Shown here piece by piece: positions 32,194 through 42,739 of a stretch of DNA of 64,000 bases. This DNA comes from Naegleria gruberi. Taxonomy: Eukaryota. The stretch lies in NCBI GenBank assembly GCA_000004985.1, contig GG738846.1; one strand, 5' to 3'. The first letter of the stretch is position 1. Every line of letters starts with the position of its first letter. Below the pieces are notes generated by a model. It was not told the DNA's origin and made no database searches. It worked only from the letters and a program-made list of their open reading frames with translations. A program made the translations under genes and the position numbers.

Positions 32194-35100
32194 TCAATGC
32201 TTTGATGAAGTTGTGGAAACATTAGAACTTGTACTCATTAGACTATCAGTACTGGCACTTGAAAGTCTTCGTCTTGATATCAAATCATTTGAATCGGCAT
32301 TTCCATTAGAAAAGACTTCCATTAGACTTTGTAAACGTGGTGAAACAGCTGCTGGTTTGATTTGTTGAGTTTGAAGATTATTGGATTGACCATCTGTTTG
32401 TTCATTTCTTTCGAATACTTGAGCTAAAAGACCAATCTTGGACATTTTCCTCTCGAATGGTGGTCTAGGAGATGTTTCTGTTGAAGAGCTAGTTGGACTA
32501 CTGCTAGTTCCAAAAGGTGATAAATCTGAATCCAAATTCGTATTTGACATTGCAGAGTTTGGTGTTGTTAAGCTGCTTGAATTTATCAAATCAAAGATAG
32601 ATTCTGTGAATTTGGACTTGTTGGAGAGGAGGAAACTGGCACCAACACTTCCACTGGCCATTGAAGCATTGGCAGCTGTTTTCCTTCTTGAAGACATAAC
32701 CAAATTCTGATAAGCTTCAGTATTGGTGAATCTACTGTATGTATCGAATAATACCATTTCAACTTCCTTGTTTAGTCTGTCGAATAAATCGAGAGGAAGT
32801 TTAACAAATGTTTCATCTTCACCTTTAGTTCTGAAAATTTGTCTTGCAGCTGTGGAAATTAGACGCTTGTTCACATTGACTTCTGAAGGAGAATCAGAAA
32901 CAAGAAACTTATCATACATTTTCTGAGCGAATTTCCATCTTGCCTCCATATCTGTAATTGTTTTATACTTCTCGACATGATCGTAAAACTCAATATTTTC
33001 AGTACTGCACTCAATTTCTGAAAATGCACGAAGGTAGGATCTATAGTTGGTATTTCTCAATACCTCCTCGAAAGAAATTGGTTTAGAGGTGTCATTACCA
33101 ACAAATTGTTCAAACATCAAACAATTACTTGAAAAGTCAACTGGAGAATAGATAACTTGGAAGGCAAGGATTGGGAAATTTTGTAAATTGTTTACAGGAA
33201 GATTGGCATAATAGTCTAATTGCGTTTCGGTAATATTTGATTTTTTCAACAATTCAAAGAATGGAGCTTGATTGGATTTTCTTAGATGTTTGAGAATAAA
33301 ATTCAACACTCCAAATATTGAACCATTCACAGGACTGAAATCTTCCTTGTATTGGTGGAATAATGCTGGTAATTCAATGGAACTTTCTGTGCAAGCAAAG
33401 TTTTCATTGATATATCGTTTAGTACTTGACTCGATAATTCTTTCCATTGTTAATTGATCTATAGCTTGTGGTAAAGGGCTTGATTTTCTTCCGTCGGATA
33501 TTATGAAATGTATTCTTGGATCGAATTGGGATGAGAATGAGTCGTATGAATATTGCTTCTCCAGGAAATTTAGTTGATACTCTCTGAGATAGAACTTCCA
33601 TTCAGGTAACTGCTGTTCTCTCAAAATATAGTTCATGATATCGGACATACTGAGCTTATATCGACCAATAAGATAATTTGGTTCATTATAGAATTTTTCA
33701 TATTCTTCTTCAATGGCAATATACTTCTTTTCACAAAATGCGTGTGCTAACATTAAATTATGCAAATTGATAAAGAAACTCTTCTTTTGATTTCTATCCA
33801 GTTTGATCGGGTCAAAGTTTCTGAGCATGCTCGTGTATCTAATGGTTAGCTTGTAATTTTCCGATTGCTTGAATGAATAGTAGTCGATAGCTTGTTCAGA
33901 AACTAAAAAGTATTCCTTCTGTATAATTGCCATTAAATTTTCCAAAATAATCAATAATTTGATAGTATAGGTTGGAGCATCCAGTAAGAATGCACTATCT
34001 TGCGGTATTGAAATGGCATTAATTGCCTCTAATGGTACACTTCCTTTGTGGAATAGATTTGATATAAGCTCTCCCTCAGATAGGAGAGATGCCTTCTTCT
34101 TTTCTGGAATCACGTTGAGTATTTGACCGTTGTAAAATACAGGATTATCATTATCAACATATCTGTAAATGGTATTTGGTGAAAATTCCAAGTATTCGTA
34201 GGCGTTATATGGTACAGGTGATAAAAGTACAAGATTATTTGAAATGTCTCTACATCCATTAACATTCTTCCTCTGTGTATCCAAAATGAAAGATAATAAT
34301 TCTACAATATCAGTATCTGTCAAGTAACCTTGAGCTTTTTTCTTTAAATAATTGAAAATACTCTCACCATCTACAGTTAGTTTTATCTTTTCTATATGGA
34401 TAACGTTAGTTTCTTCTACAATAGTATCCCTCCTCTCTGGTTCTTGATTCAATTGGGTATACCGTCTAGTTTCTGGCCTTCTTCTTTCGAATTCAGATCT
34501 AGTTGTACTGGATGACGTCCTAGCATGGCCTTGATGAGTGCCAATTGATAAAATCTTGTTCAATTTTTGTTTGAAATTATTTTCCTCCAACTCAAGCCAA
34601 TTGGATCGAGTATAAATAATCTTATTAACACTCGGTGGACACTCAGATTTCATTTCATTCACTAATTTCCACATGTCTGAGTATTTCAAACCATCTGGCA
34701 GTAAATAGTTATGTGTCTCGTGTTCAAATAAAGGATTACAAAATTCCTCAAACTCTGTTTCCAAATTGACATTGATTTTAAATTCCTCTTCCAAGACACT
34801 TTCTTGCCATTCTTTACTTGTCAAAGTGGCCGTTATTGGATTAGTACTAACTGGTTGATTGCCATGCTTGATACTCATTCTCTTCAGTGTACCAGAAGCT
34901 CGAGATGATTTTCGCTTTTCTGCCTTCTTTTGAAGTGAAAAAGTTGAAGTTGTTGAGAGAGGATCTTTCAGTTTGGTAATTTTGTGTTTCATAAATTGTT
35001 GTAATTCTCTCTGGGCTGTTTGTGTTCTACAGAGACCACTCAAGCTCAGTGGATTAATAACCTCAGTCCACGAATCGGCAGGTGTTAAACTATCCAAATG

Positions 35101-36018
35101 TGAAACAAATTTTGAATCTTCTCTCGGTTTGCCATAGTGACATGTGTGATAAAACATGAGTAAATGATCTGGAATTTCTTCTTCAATTTCACAGAGTGGA
35201 TTGACAAAGTCATTAATTTCCTCTTCAAAGAGAGGATTCGAATAATTTATCCACACTCGCTCATTTTCACTATCATTCTTATAGGAAGAACTTTCCAATC
35301 GACTCACTTGATTCTTATCTATCAGAATATCCTTCAACGTCAGCAGTGAATTGTTATTATTATTATTATTATTTGTGGCCAACTTTGAACTACTATTTCT
35401 TTCATTATCATCATCATCATTTGCAACAATACCAAAATCATGAACATCATTCGATAGTGTTGAATTAGTGGAAGATTCGGTTTTTTGTTCAGTGGAATTC
35501 AGCTCAAATTCAAAGTCATCACTATCCAAATCAATTCTCCTCTGCACATAGTCATGTTCCTCATCGAGGTCCTTTCTAAATCTCACTAGAAAGATGGCAC
35601 ATGCTCCCGAAAAATCCCTCTTCATTAATTTACACTGTTCATGATGAAGTTTGGATGGTAAAATTTGATGTGAAATGTGTTGCTTCTTATTGTAGGCTCT
35701 ATTTCTATTGTAGCCGTCAATTGTATTCAACATGAGAGAATCTGATGAACTATCGAATGTAAAGGAGGAGGAAAAAGTCGATCGATTACTTGTACCAACA
35801 CCACTCAAAACACTACTACTCGTATTTTGATCATTCGATGATGAAGAGAGGGTATTATCCTGACATTCGTCGTTATGCATTGAGTCATCAAAATTATTTT
35901 CTTCGCAAATTGATAATGTCGATGATACTGATGTTGAAATAATATCATGTGATGATGATAGGGCGCTACTACAAATAATGATCGTATTGTTGTTTAGACT
36001 ATTGATAGTATCGGTCAT
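32194..36018 (-). CDS. RGS-domain protein (~1274 aa) with possible upstream DUF547-like module
   Basis: Start moved to ATG 36016-36018 (MTDTINS). RGS signature FEEVLRNTNYRSYLRAFSEIECSTENIEFYDHVEKYK...KMYDKFLVSDSPSEVNVN...FDTYSRF aligns to the RGS4 core. Upstream FFINLHNLMLAHAF resembles the DUF547 core motif. N-terminal poly-Asn. Confidence 0.65.
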   Translation of the reverse strand: MTDTINSLNNNTIIICSSALSSSHDIISTSVSSTLSICEENNFDDSMHNDECQDNTLSSSSNDQNTSSSVLSGVGTSNRSTFSSSFTFDSSSDSLMLNTIDGYNRNRAYNKKQHISHQILPSKLHHEQCKLMKRDFSGACAIFLVRFRKDLDEEHDYVQRRIDLDSDDFEFELNSTEQKTESSTNSTLSNDVHDFGIVANDDDDNERNSSSKLATNNNNNNNNSLLTLKDILIDKNQVSRLESSSYKNDSENERVWINYSNPLFEEEINDFVNPLCEIEEEIPDHLLMFYHTCHYGKPREDSKFVSHLDSLTPADSWTEVINPLSLSGLCRTQTAQRELQQFMKHKITKLKDPLSTTSTFSLQKKAEKRKSSRASGTLKRMSIKHGNQPVSTNPITATLTSKEWQESVLEEEFKINVNLETEFEEFCNPLFEHETHNYLLPDGLKYSDMWKLVNEMKSECPPSVNKIIYTRSNWLELEENNFKQKLNKILSIGTHQGHARTSSSTTRSEFERRRPETRRYTQLNQEPERRDTIVEETNVIHIEKIKLTVDGESIFNYLKKKAQGYLTDTDIVELLSFILDTQRKNVNGCRDISNNLVLLSPVPYNAYEYLEFSPNTIYRYVDNDNPVFYNGQILNVIPEKKKASLLSEGELISNLFHKGSVPLEAINAISIPQDSAFLLDAPTYTIKLLIILENLMAIIQKEYFLVSEQAIDYYSFKQSENYKLTIRYTSMLRNFDPIKLDRNQKKSFFINLHNLMLAHAFCEKKYIAIEEEYEKFYNEPNYLIGRYKLSMSDIMNYILREQQLPEWKFYLREYQLNFLEKQYSYDSFSSQFDPRIHFIISDGRKSSPLPQAIDQLTMERIIESSTKRYINENFACTESSIELPALFHQYKEDFSPVNGSIFGVLNFILKHLRKSNQAPFFELLKKSNITETQLDYYANLPVNNLQNFPILAFQVIYSPVDFSSNCLMFEQFVGNDTSKPISFEEVLRNTNYRSYLRAFSEIECSTENIEFYDHVEKYKTITDMEARWKFAQKMYDKFLVSDSPSEVNVNKRLISTAARQIFRTKGEDETFVKLPLDLFDRLNKEVEMVLFDTYSRFTNTEAYQNLVMSSRRKTAANASMASGSVGASFLLSNKSKFTESIFDLINSSSLTTPNSAMSNTNLDSDLSPFGTSSSPTSSSTETSPRPPFERKMSKIGLLAQVFERNEQTDGQSNNLQTQQIKPAAVSPRLQSLMEVFSNGNADSNDLISRRRLSSASTDSLMSTSSNVSTTSSKH

Positions 36019-36275
36019 TGCAATTTTCTTGTTTGTTTTTGTTACAAGACGACGACGACGATGATTCTGAAGTGCAAGAGTCAGCAATCAAAAGAAGGGC
36101 GGATTTTAAAATCGTTTCACACCTGTGTCGCTGATTCTATTTTTTTTTGATATGACTGTTCGTTATCAAAAGTTGTGTTTGTAAATCAGGTACAAAGCTA
36201 CTTGACTGTTCCGTTAAAAGTACGTGACGATTGATTGAAATCAGTGATAATCAAGATTTAATTCAATTATTTTCA

Positions 36276-38183
36276 TTAATTTCTGTAATAAAACGATCCT
36301 CTGTTTGCTACTTGTGTTGCATTTGCAGCTGAATCAGCAGCAGCTTGTTTTTCTCTATTATATTTTCGTTTCAAGTAGGCGATAACAACTACGGCAATTA
36401 CAAGACAAGTGACAAAAGCAAGCAATATTGAGGCTGCGCCAACTCTAAAGTGGAAAGGAATAATTTGGCTCTCATCAGAAGGATTGCTTTCTTCTGGAAC
36501 TACCTCAGATTGTTCAACATGCAATATTTCACTACCATGCAATGTGAGTCCAATCTTTTTTAGATGTGCAACATTGGCTACACTTGTGTAAATTGAAAAT
36601 GACCAAACACCAGTGGCAGTTTCATTCCAGAACTGAACAGATGTGAATGTTTGATCCTCAATATCACTAGAGTGGTCATTTCTTCTACCTCTGCCCATCA
36701 TACTAATAGTTCCAGCTGGGGAACGAAGAGCAAAATAAACACTACCTCTAGATGGCACTGAAACAGTGAGACTGATAACAGCTGATTCTACTTTCATTTT
36801 CTTTTTAACTTCAAAGAGAACAATGGTTGGACTGGTGCTACTCTCGGAAAGTTTGAGTCCCTCTGAACCCAATTCAAGATCTGGTCCAAATGATTCAATG
36901 AGATATGGAGAGGAAATTAATGACCAACTCATTGCTGCTTGAACAGCTGCATAAGCATCAATTCTACCAAATCCATAATGAATGTTGTGATAGAGGCCGG
37001 CTCCATTCTTAATCCATTCTGAATGAGTGAGGTCAGTTCTTTTTGCTGTTGCAACAAGAATGTGTTGAACATCTCTCCATGTTAAATCTCTTCTTGCCTG
37101 CAATATGAGTGCCAAAACACCAGCTGCGAGAGGGCATGCAGAGCTAGTACCTCCAAATGAATCATAGCAATCCCCACTGGTGTATCCATTACTTCCTGTT
37201 CTATCAATGGTGACAATCTTACTTGTGAAAGAATAACCACCATTGTAATAGTTATTTGATGGAGCATTAATCAATGTGCTTGTACCAGATTCACTATAGT
37301 CACTTCTCTTACCACGCCAATCAGTGGCAGCAACGCAAATAGTGTAGGGACTATTGGCCAATTCATCCCAATCAGAAGAGTCTCCATACTTGGCACCATT
37401 ACCACTTGCCCAGACATAGATATTTCCAAGACCATTTCTTCCCTTTTGAATACCATTTACCAATGCCATAATAGAGAGTGGATATCTTTCAACGGTTACA
37501 CCATCATCAGAAGGTCCATAACTATTACTATAAATATCAATTCTATCATTGAAATGAGAAAGAGCTTCAGCAACAACTGAATCAGAATAGGCATCACCTA
37601 AGGCACGAATTGAGGCAACATTGGATTCAAAAGCAGCTCCAACACCACACTTGTGATTATTGGATCGGCCACAACAAACACCAGCACAAGAAGTACCATG
37701 ATTATCACCACTACCTCCTGGAGCTCCATACTCCGAAGGAGTTCCATAAGAACTCACATCCTTACTCAAATCTTCTTGAAAACCACATTCCAGATCAGGA
37801 TGATCATACTGCACACCATCATCAACAATTGCCAATGTTATATTGTATCCAGCTAAACGATATTTCTCCCAAACAGGCCAAATATTTACATCATTTCCAG
37901 GTGAACCAGAATCTTGATCTCCAAAACCAACCGATTGTGATTGCCCATTATTCTTCAAGTGCCATTGCTTTGGGTAGAGTGGGTCTTGTCCAATTATTTC
38001 CGAAACTGATACATTATGTTGATGAGAGAGTAAATAAAATTGTGAACATTCTGATAATGGTTTTCCACTGACCATTGATGTGGGTGATACGACAAGTAAT
38101 AGCATCACCATCATCATGATTAATAAATATGTTGTTATCATCATCACTCGCTTGATATTATTATTGTTCATCATATTTATCAT
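36276..38183 (-). CDS. kexin/furin-like proprotein convertase (subtilase S8 + P domain, C-terminal TM)
   Basis: Signal peptide. Catalytic Asp (AIVDDGV), His (HGTSCAG), oxyanion Asn (SGNGA), Ser (GTSSACP). Following ~150 aa is P-domain-like. C-terminal TM LLAFVTCLVIAVVVIAYL plus basic tail. Confidence 0.85.
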   Translation of the reverse strand: MINMMNNNNIKRVMMITTYLLIMMMVMLLLVVSPTSMVSGKPLSECSQFYLLSHQHNVSVSEIIGQDPLYPKQWHLKNNGQSQSVGFGDQDSGSPGNDVNIWPVWEKYRLAGYNITLAIVDDGVQYDHPDLECGFQEDLSKDVSSYGTPSEYGAPGGSGDNHGTSCAGVCCGRSNNHKCGVGAAFESNVASIRALGDAYSDSVVAEALSHFNDRIDIYSNSYGPSDDGVTVERYPLSIMALVNGIQKGRNGLGNIYVWASGNGAKYGDSSDWDELANSPYTICVAATDWRGKRSDYSESGTSTLINAPSNNYYNGGYSFTSKIVTIDRTGSNGYTSGDCYDSFGGTSSACPLAAGVLALILQARRDLTWRDVQHILVATAKRTDLTHSEWIKNGAGLYHNIHYGFGRIDAYAAVQAAMSWSLISSPYLIESFGPDLELGSEGLKLSESSTSPTIVLFEVKKKMKVESAVISLTVSVPSRGSVYFALRSPAGTISMMGRGRRNDHSSDIEDQTFTSVQFWNETATGVWSFSIYTSVANVAHLKKIGLTLHGSEILHVEQSEVVPEESNPSDESQIIPFHFRVGAASILLAFVTCLVIAVVVIAYLKRKYNREKQAAADSAANATQVANRGSFYYRN

Positions 38184-38590
38184 TAAACACTCTTCAAAAT
38201 TCCTTTTAATTTAAATTCCTAAAAAACAATATATATACAAATCCACACTAATAACAACACTACTATTGCTCAACAAAGTACAGCGGGTTATTTAGAAGTT
38301 TTTGATGAGGAATTTTTTTAGCATCTATTAAATATCCAAAGCAGTTCGAGAGTAGAACATAATTAGATGCCTGACAAGATAATGTTCTTAGAGTGATGAT
38401 CTATTCATTATCAGCTTAGTTTAATTTGCTAACAGTCTGTGCTTATTCCATGTCGATAATTCTTTAAATTCAAAAATCATAAATTGAGAATAAGGTAAAA
38501 AAAGGTAAATAATTGTACATTATTAAATTTTATGTGTCACATTTAAATTACATTAGAATCTATACAAAGTTTCCAAAAAAACTTGAATTA

Positions 38591-39361
38591 TTAATCAGAA
38601 TCATCACTATCACTATCTATGCTCTTGGATCCTTGCAATGGTACATAGTCAGCAGAAGAATCTCCACTGCCTCCCTTTCCACCACCAAATTTAGTGGCAT
38701 AGACGTGTCTACAACAATCAAACATACATACAATACAAGCAACAGTTGCCAAACACAAAGAAATTGGTGGAACAATTTGTAAGACAATGTTTGCATCCAT
38801 AACAGTTTTGTAAGTGTCACCCTTAATAATGAACAAGATATAATAAACAATTACACCAATGTGCAACAAGGCAGCGATAATATCAAGAATGATACCAACA
38901 ACCTTTTGACAGAGGCCAATAATCAAAGCTAAAAGAGTCAATACTGCCACAATGAAAACTATTTCCAAATATTAGTTTCTCCAAAATGTATCGATAACTT
39001 ACAAGGACACATATGTAACCAGAAGGTACCATTCGAACAAACATCATCGGAAGCACTACTTGTCGATGCACAGAAAGTTCCTTTAAAGATAAATGGCACA
39101 GACTGTATTCGGGTAAGAAGTAACACAGAATTTAGCACGATCATTATACAAATCATATTATCCACAAATCATGTCCGATATTAATATTTGACCATCATGA
39201 TGAATATATACAACCAATTTACAATGATGACTCTCGATAAACAAAAGCATAAATAATAATACTAACAAATTCAAAAGCCAAAAACAAAACAGTTATGGCC
39301 AATATAATAATTGTAATAATATGTCTCTTGAGAGTCTTGACGATTCCTCCTCCTGCGGCAG
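38591..39361 (-). CDS. multi-exon small 4-TM membrane protein (tetraspanin-like?), exon boundaries unresolved
   Basis: Terminal exon 38591..38968 encodes TM helices plus CC motif (MFDCC) and acidic SDSDDSD tail. A separate upstream exon begins ATGGCTGCCGCAGGAGGAGG at 39361 and encodes a TM helix. Intervening exons/introns not resolved by eye. Confidence 0.3.
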
Positions 39362-39817
39362 CCATAGTACTATTGATTGTGTTTTAAATTCCAAGCAGCT
39401 GCTTCTTGTTTTTGAAAGGGTGGTTGGATATTTTTTTAAATAAAAGAGAGCTCTGTGCCGCACTCTGAAATATTTTGTTTCAGCATTGAAGATGAAAAGT
39501 AATGAGGTGGTGAATTATTTTACCCTTTCGCTGAACATCAATATTTTTATTATTATGATACTACAACAATGTCAAAGTAAGAAAATAGAGTGGTTGGAAA
39601 GCATTGTGTCTTGCTACATGTATCATAATTAAGAAGAATAAATATTGAGAATCGATTAATAAATTTCTTTTGTAAGGATTCTAAATGAAGATCAATTCCA
39701 TGTTTGTTTTGACGTAAAACACTCCAATATACAGTGTTTCTACTTTGACAAAAATAGCCAGGTATACTGATTGTACAATTTTGGAGGGAAACTAGACAAA
39801 GAATACAATAAATTATT

Positions 39818-42688
39818 TTATTCATTGTAATTTTCATAATTATTATTATAATTATTGTTGTAATTATTGTTGAACTTTTTATAGCCTCCTTGCTTCCAAT
39901 TTGATCCACCTTCTTCATTGTAAGATTCAGAATTACTATTATCATTATAATTATTGTCGTATTTGTTGTTTCGATAATTGTCTCCATAACCCTTATTGTT
40001 ACCATAGCTGTTGTTGTTGTTATTATAGCTATTGTATTTGTTTTCATATGTATTATTATAAGAGTCATCAACTTGCTCATTTTGATAATTAGTATCATTG
40101 TTATTGTCGTAATTATTTTCAGAATACTTGTTATAGTTATTATTTCTATTAAATCCACCCTTGTTATAGTTATCTCTATTATTTCTATAATTATTGTTAT
40201 TATCTTGATTGTTTTGGTCGTATCCTTCTTGTTGCTCGTTGTTATTATTGTTATAGTTATTATAATTGTTGTTATAGTTTCCTCTATCATTTCTATTATA
40301 ACCTCCTCTATCATTGTAAGAGTTGTTGTTATTGTTTCTATCTCCAAAATTATTGTAATTATTATTGAATCCTCTATCAAATGTCTTTTGTTGGAAACCA
40401 TCTTTGAATTTCTTTCTATGTGGATTAAGAACGTCAACACTGGCTAAACCTCTCTTGAGAGATTCTACTTTTTGCTTGTGTGAAGTGGCAATAGACCGTT
40501 TGATTTCAAAAGTCTTCTTTGGATTGACAAGATAGTCTCTTTGATGTTTGATAATGTTATCTGTACCTAGAGTGTTATTATTGAGCTTGTTCATGAAACT
40601 TTCTACAGGTGCAGCATTCTCCATTCTTTCAATAGTTTGTTCAACAAAGACTTGTTGGAAGTGGAACAGAGGATCCTTAGCTTTGATTTCAACTTGTAAT
40701 TTCTTACTGACCAAAGATTTCATATCGAGAGATTTTGGCTGTAAGGATTTGCCCTTGCTGTAGACATCAGTCTTGCTTCTAATTGTATCTCCCTTAGCTG
40801 TTATATTGGCAAGTAAACCTGCCTTAAGAAGTACAGGATCTTGTCTTACCAATCCTGGATTAGCCTCTTCAAATTCAACATTGGATGGAGGTTCCATATC
40901 GTGAGAAACTGGCTTACCCATTGCAAGTCTTATTTGATTGGAAATTTCCATCTCAACAGCTTCCTTATACTTGTCAGCGAATGCCTTGTTAAAATGCTCA
41001 ACAAGTAAACTAGCACGATATTGGTTTTCAAACACTTGGTCCATATCAATGTGAGGATATGGAGTTAGGCCATCCTCAATACCATATTTTGATTCAATTT
41101 CCTTCTTTAAATTTTCCCATTCTGCCTTATCAGCATATGGTTGAACAAATGTGACTGAAACACCAACATTACCAGCTCTGGCAGTACGTCCAACACCGTG
41201 AATATACTCTGTACATGATTTAGGCAAGTCAAAGTACAAGACTGCAGCAACTCTCTTGTAATCAATACCTCTAGAAAGGTGAGAAACTGTTGTACTGTGC
41301 TTGGTTTTATCAATACCTTTGGCACGTCTTTCTAATTGTTCAATCATTTCGGTAAATCTATTGGCAACATATAATTCATCCTTTGCTTTTTGATCTTCTT
41401 CCTCATTGTTTGCTTCTGGTTCCATGGTACTGATCAAAACTTGATATTCATTAGTATTGAATCTCTTAATAATATCAATTTTAGAAAGTGTTGGATAGAA
41501 ATATGGCAACATGGCACAATTTACACCAAAAGCTTTGAGTCCAAAATAGACAAAGAATAACTTATTTGCAGGCACGTAAACTATCACTCTGCCTCCATAA
41601 AATTTGTGATTGATAAAGTGATAGAGAAGCATTATAGAGTTAACCTTGATGTTTGGAAGTTTGGCTTGCATAATGTTCATATCTACATAGTATTGATAGA
41701 GTTTTCCTTCTAATGCTTGTGTTCTTCTGTCAAGTTGAATAACAACTGGATCTTTAAGTAATTGTTGTCGAAGTGTAACAGCTTGTTCTGCTTTCAGCGT
41801 GGCACTTGTGAGAATACATTGGAAAATACCTGGTAAATTCTTATTTACCAAAGTTTTAATCAATTCAAGTTGACTACGAATAATTTGATCAGCTTCATCG
41901 ATAATAACAAGTTTGAGAGACTCCTTTAAGGAAATTGATGAATTATTCAATGCATAGGTAAGAGATTCTGGAGTTGTTATCAAAATTGGATGTTGGATAT
42001 CACATAAATCCTTAATATCTTGTTGTAATTGATTCAATTCACTTCTGAAATAAATACAATTGCATTCATCTCTACAAAAATGTGCTAATAACTTCCATTG
42101 TTGATGTACTTGAATGCATAATTCCTGAGAAGGAACAAGATAAAGTACTCGTACACCTCTCTTTTCAACTGATGAGTTATCTAATGTTGTCACATTGTTG
42201 TTAATTAAATTTTCTGCAATTTTCTTCACTCTATTTGTTTCTTGTGTAATTTGATTAATTTTCTTCTCATGTAAAACCATTTGAATAGAAGGTATCAAAA
42301 AAGCTGCTGTTTTACCTGTTCCTGTTGATGAACTGCAAACAATATCCTTTCCTGACAAGGCAATAGGAATGGCAATTTGTTGTACACGAGTTGGTTCGTG
42401 AAAACCTTGTCTAAACACTGAACTTATTATTCTTCTATCCAAACCGAAAGACTTCCAACTTTCAATCACTGGAAATTCCTTGCAATCATTCGGATCCTCT
42501 ATGACTTGAATTTTATGTTTTTTAATGTGGAGGTTATCCGATAAACTAGAGAATTGTTTTTTAGCTATTGTGTGTACTTCCTCATCGGCTGTATAATATT
42601 CAATATTGCTCTCATCTTCATCCGAATAGTCAGAGTGGTTATCCCTGCTCGTCGACGATTCATTATTCTTTTTCTTGTTGTTCAACAT
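39818..42688 (-). CDS. DEAD-box ATP-dependent RNA helicase (DDX56/Dbp9-like) with ~200-aa Asn/Tyr-rich prion-like C-terminal tail
   Basis: Q motif (PTRVQ), motif I SSTGTGKTAAF, II VIDEAD, III TSAT, V/VI ...RGID..., HGVGRTARAG. Helicase core ends about aa 560. The rest is N/Y/G/D low complexity. Confidence 0.85.
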   Translation of the reverse strand: MLNNKKKNNESSTSRDNHSDYSDEDESNIEYYTADEEVHTIAKKQFSSLSDNLHIKKHKIQVIEDPNDCKEFPVIESWKSFGLDRRIISSVFRQGFHEPTRVQQIAIPIALSGKDIVCSSSTGTGKTAAFLIPSIQMVLHEKKINQITQETNRVKKIAENLINNNVTTLDNSSVEKRGVRVLYLVPSQELCIQVHQQWKLLAHFCRDECNCIYFRSELNQLQQDIKDLCDIQHPILITTPESLTYALNNSSISLKESLKLVIIDEADQIIRSQLELIKTLVNKNLPGIFQCILTSATLKAEQAVTLRQQLLKDPVVIQLDRRTQALEGKLYQYYVDMNIMQAKLPNIKVNSIMLLYHFINHKFYGGRVIVYVPANKLFFVYFGLKAFGVNCAMLPYFYPTLSKIDIIKRFNTNEYQVLISTMEPEANNEEEDQKAKDELYVANRFTEMIEQLERRAKGIDKTKHSTTVSHLSRGIDYKRVAAVLYFDLPKSCTEYIHGVGRTARAGNVGVSVTFVQPYADKAEWENLKKEIESKYGIEDGLTPYPHIDMDQVFENQYRASLLVEHFNKAFADKYKEAVEMEISNQIRLAMGKPVSHDMEPPSNVEFEEANPGLVRQDPVLLKAGLLANITAKGDTIRSKTDVYSKGKSLQPKSLDMKSLVSKKLQVEIKAKDPLFHFQQVFVEQTIERMENAAPVESFMNKLNNNTLGTDNIIKHQRDYLVNPKKTFEIKRSIATSHKQKVESLKRGLASVDVLNPHRKKFKDGFQQKTFDRGFNNNYNNFGDRNNNNNSYNDRGGYNRNDRGNYNNNYNNYNNNNNEQQEGYDQNNQDNNNNYRNNRDNYNKGGFNRNNNYNKYSENNYDNNNDTNYQNEQVDDSYNNTYENKYNSYNNNNNSYGNNKGYGDNYRNNKYDNNYNDNSNSESYNEEGGSNWKQGGYKKFNNNYNNNYNNNYENYNE

Positions 42689-42739
42689 TTTTTTTGTTCA
42701 AGTTTTTTGTTATTGTTGTTGTGAATTAAAAGTACATTT

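Noticed and set aside
11343-36087. Several track start codons (11343, 11235, 5167, 4682, 19473, 31977, 36087)
   Set aside because: The track counts TTG/GTG as Met. Checking the DNA shows these are not ATG, so starts were moved to the first in-frame ATG or explained by splicing.
39553-40447. Track ORFs 39553..40440(-), 39901..40092(+), 40073..40447(+)
   Set aside because: They are compositional artefacts of the N/Y-rich helicase tail read in other frames or on the other strand (poly-I/T/V). The real gene is 39818..42688(-).
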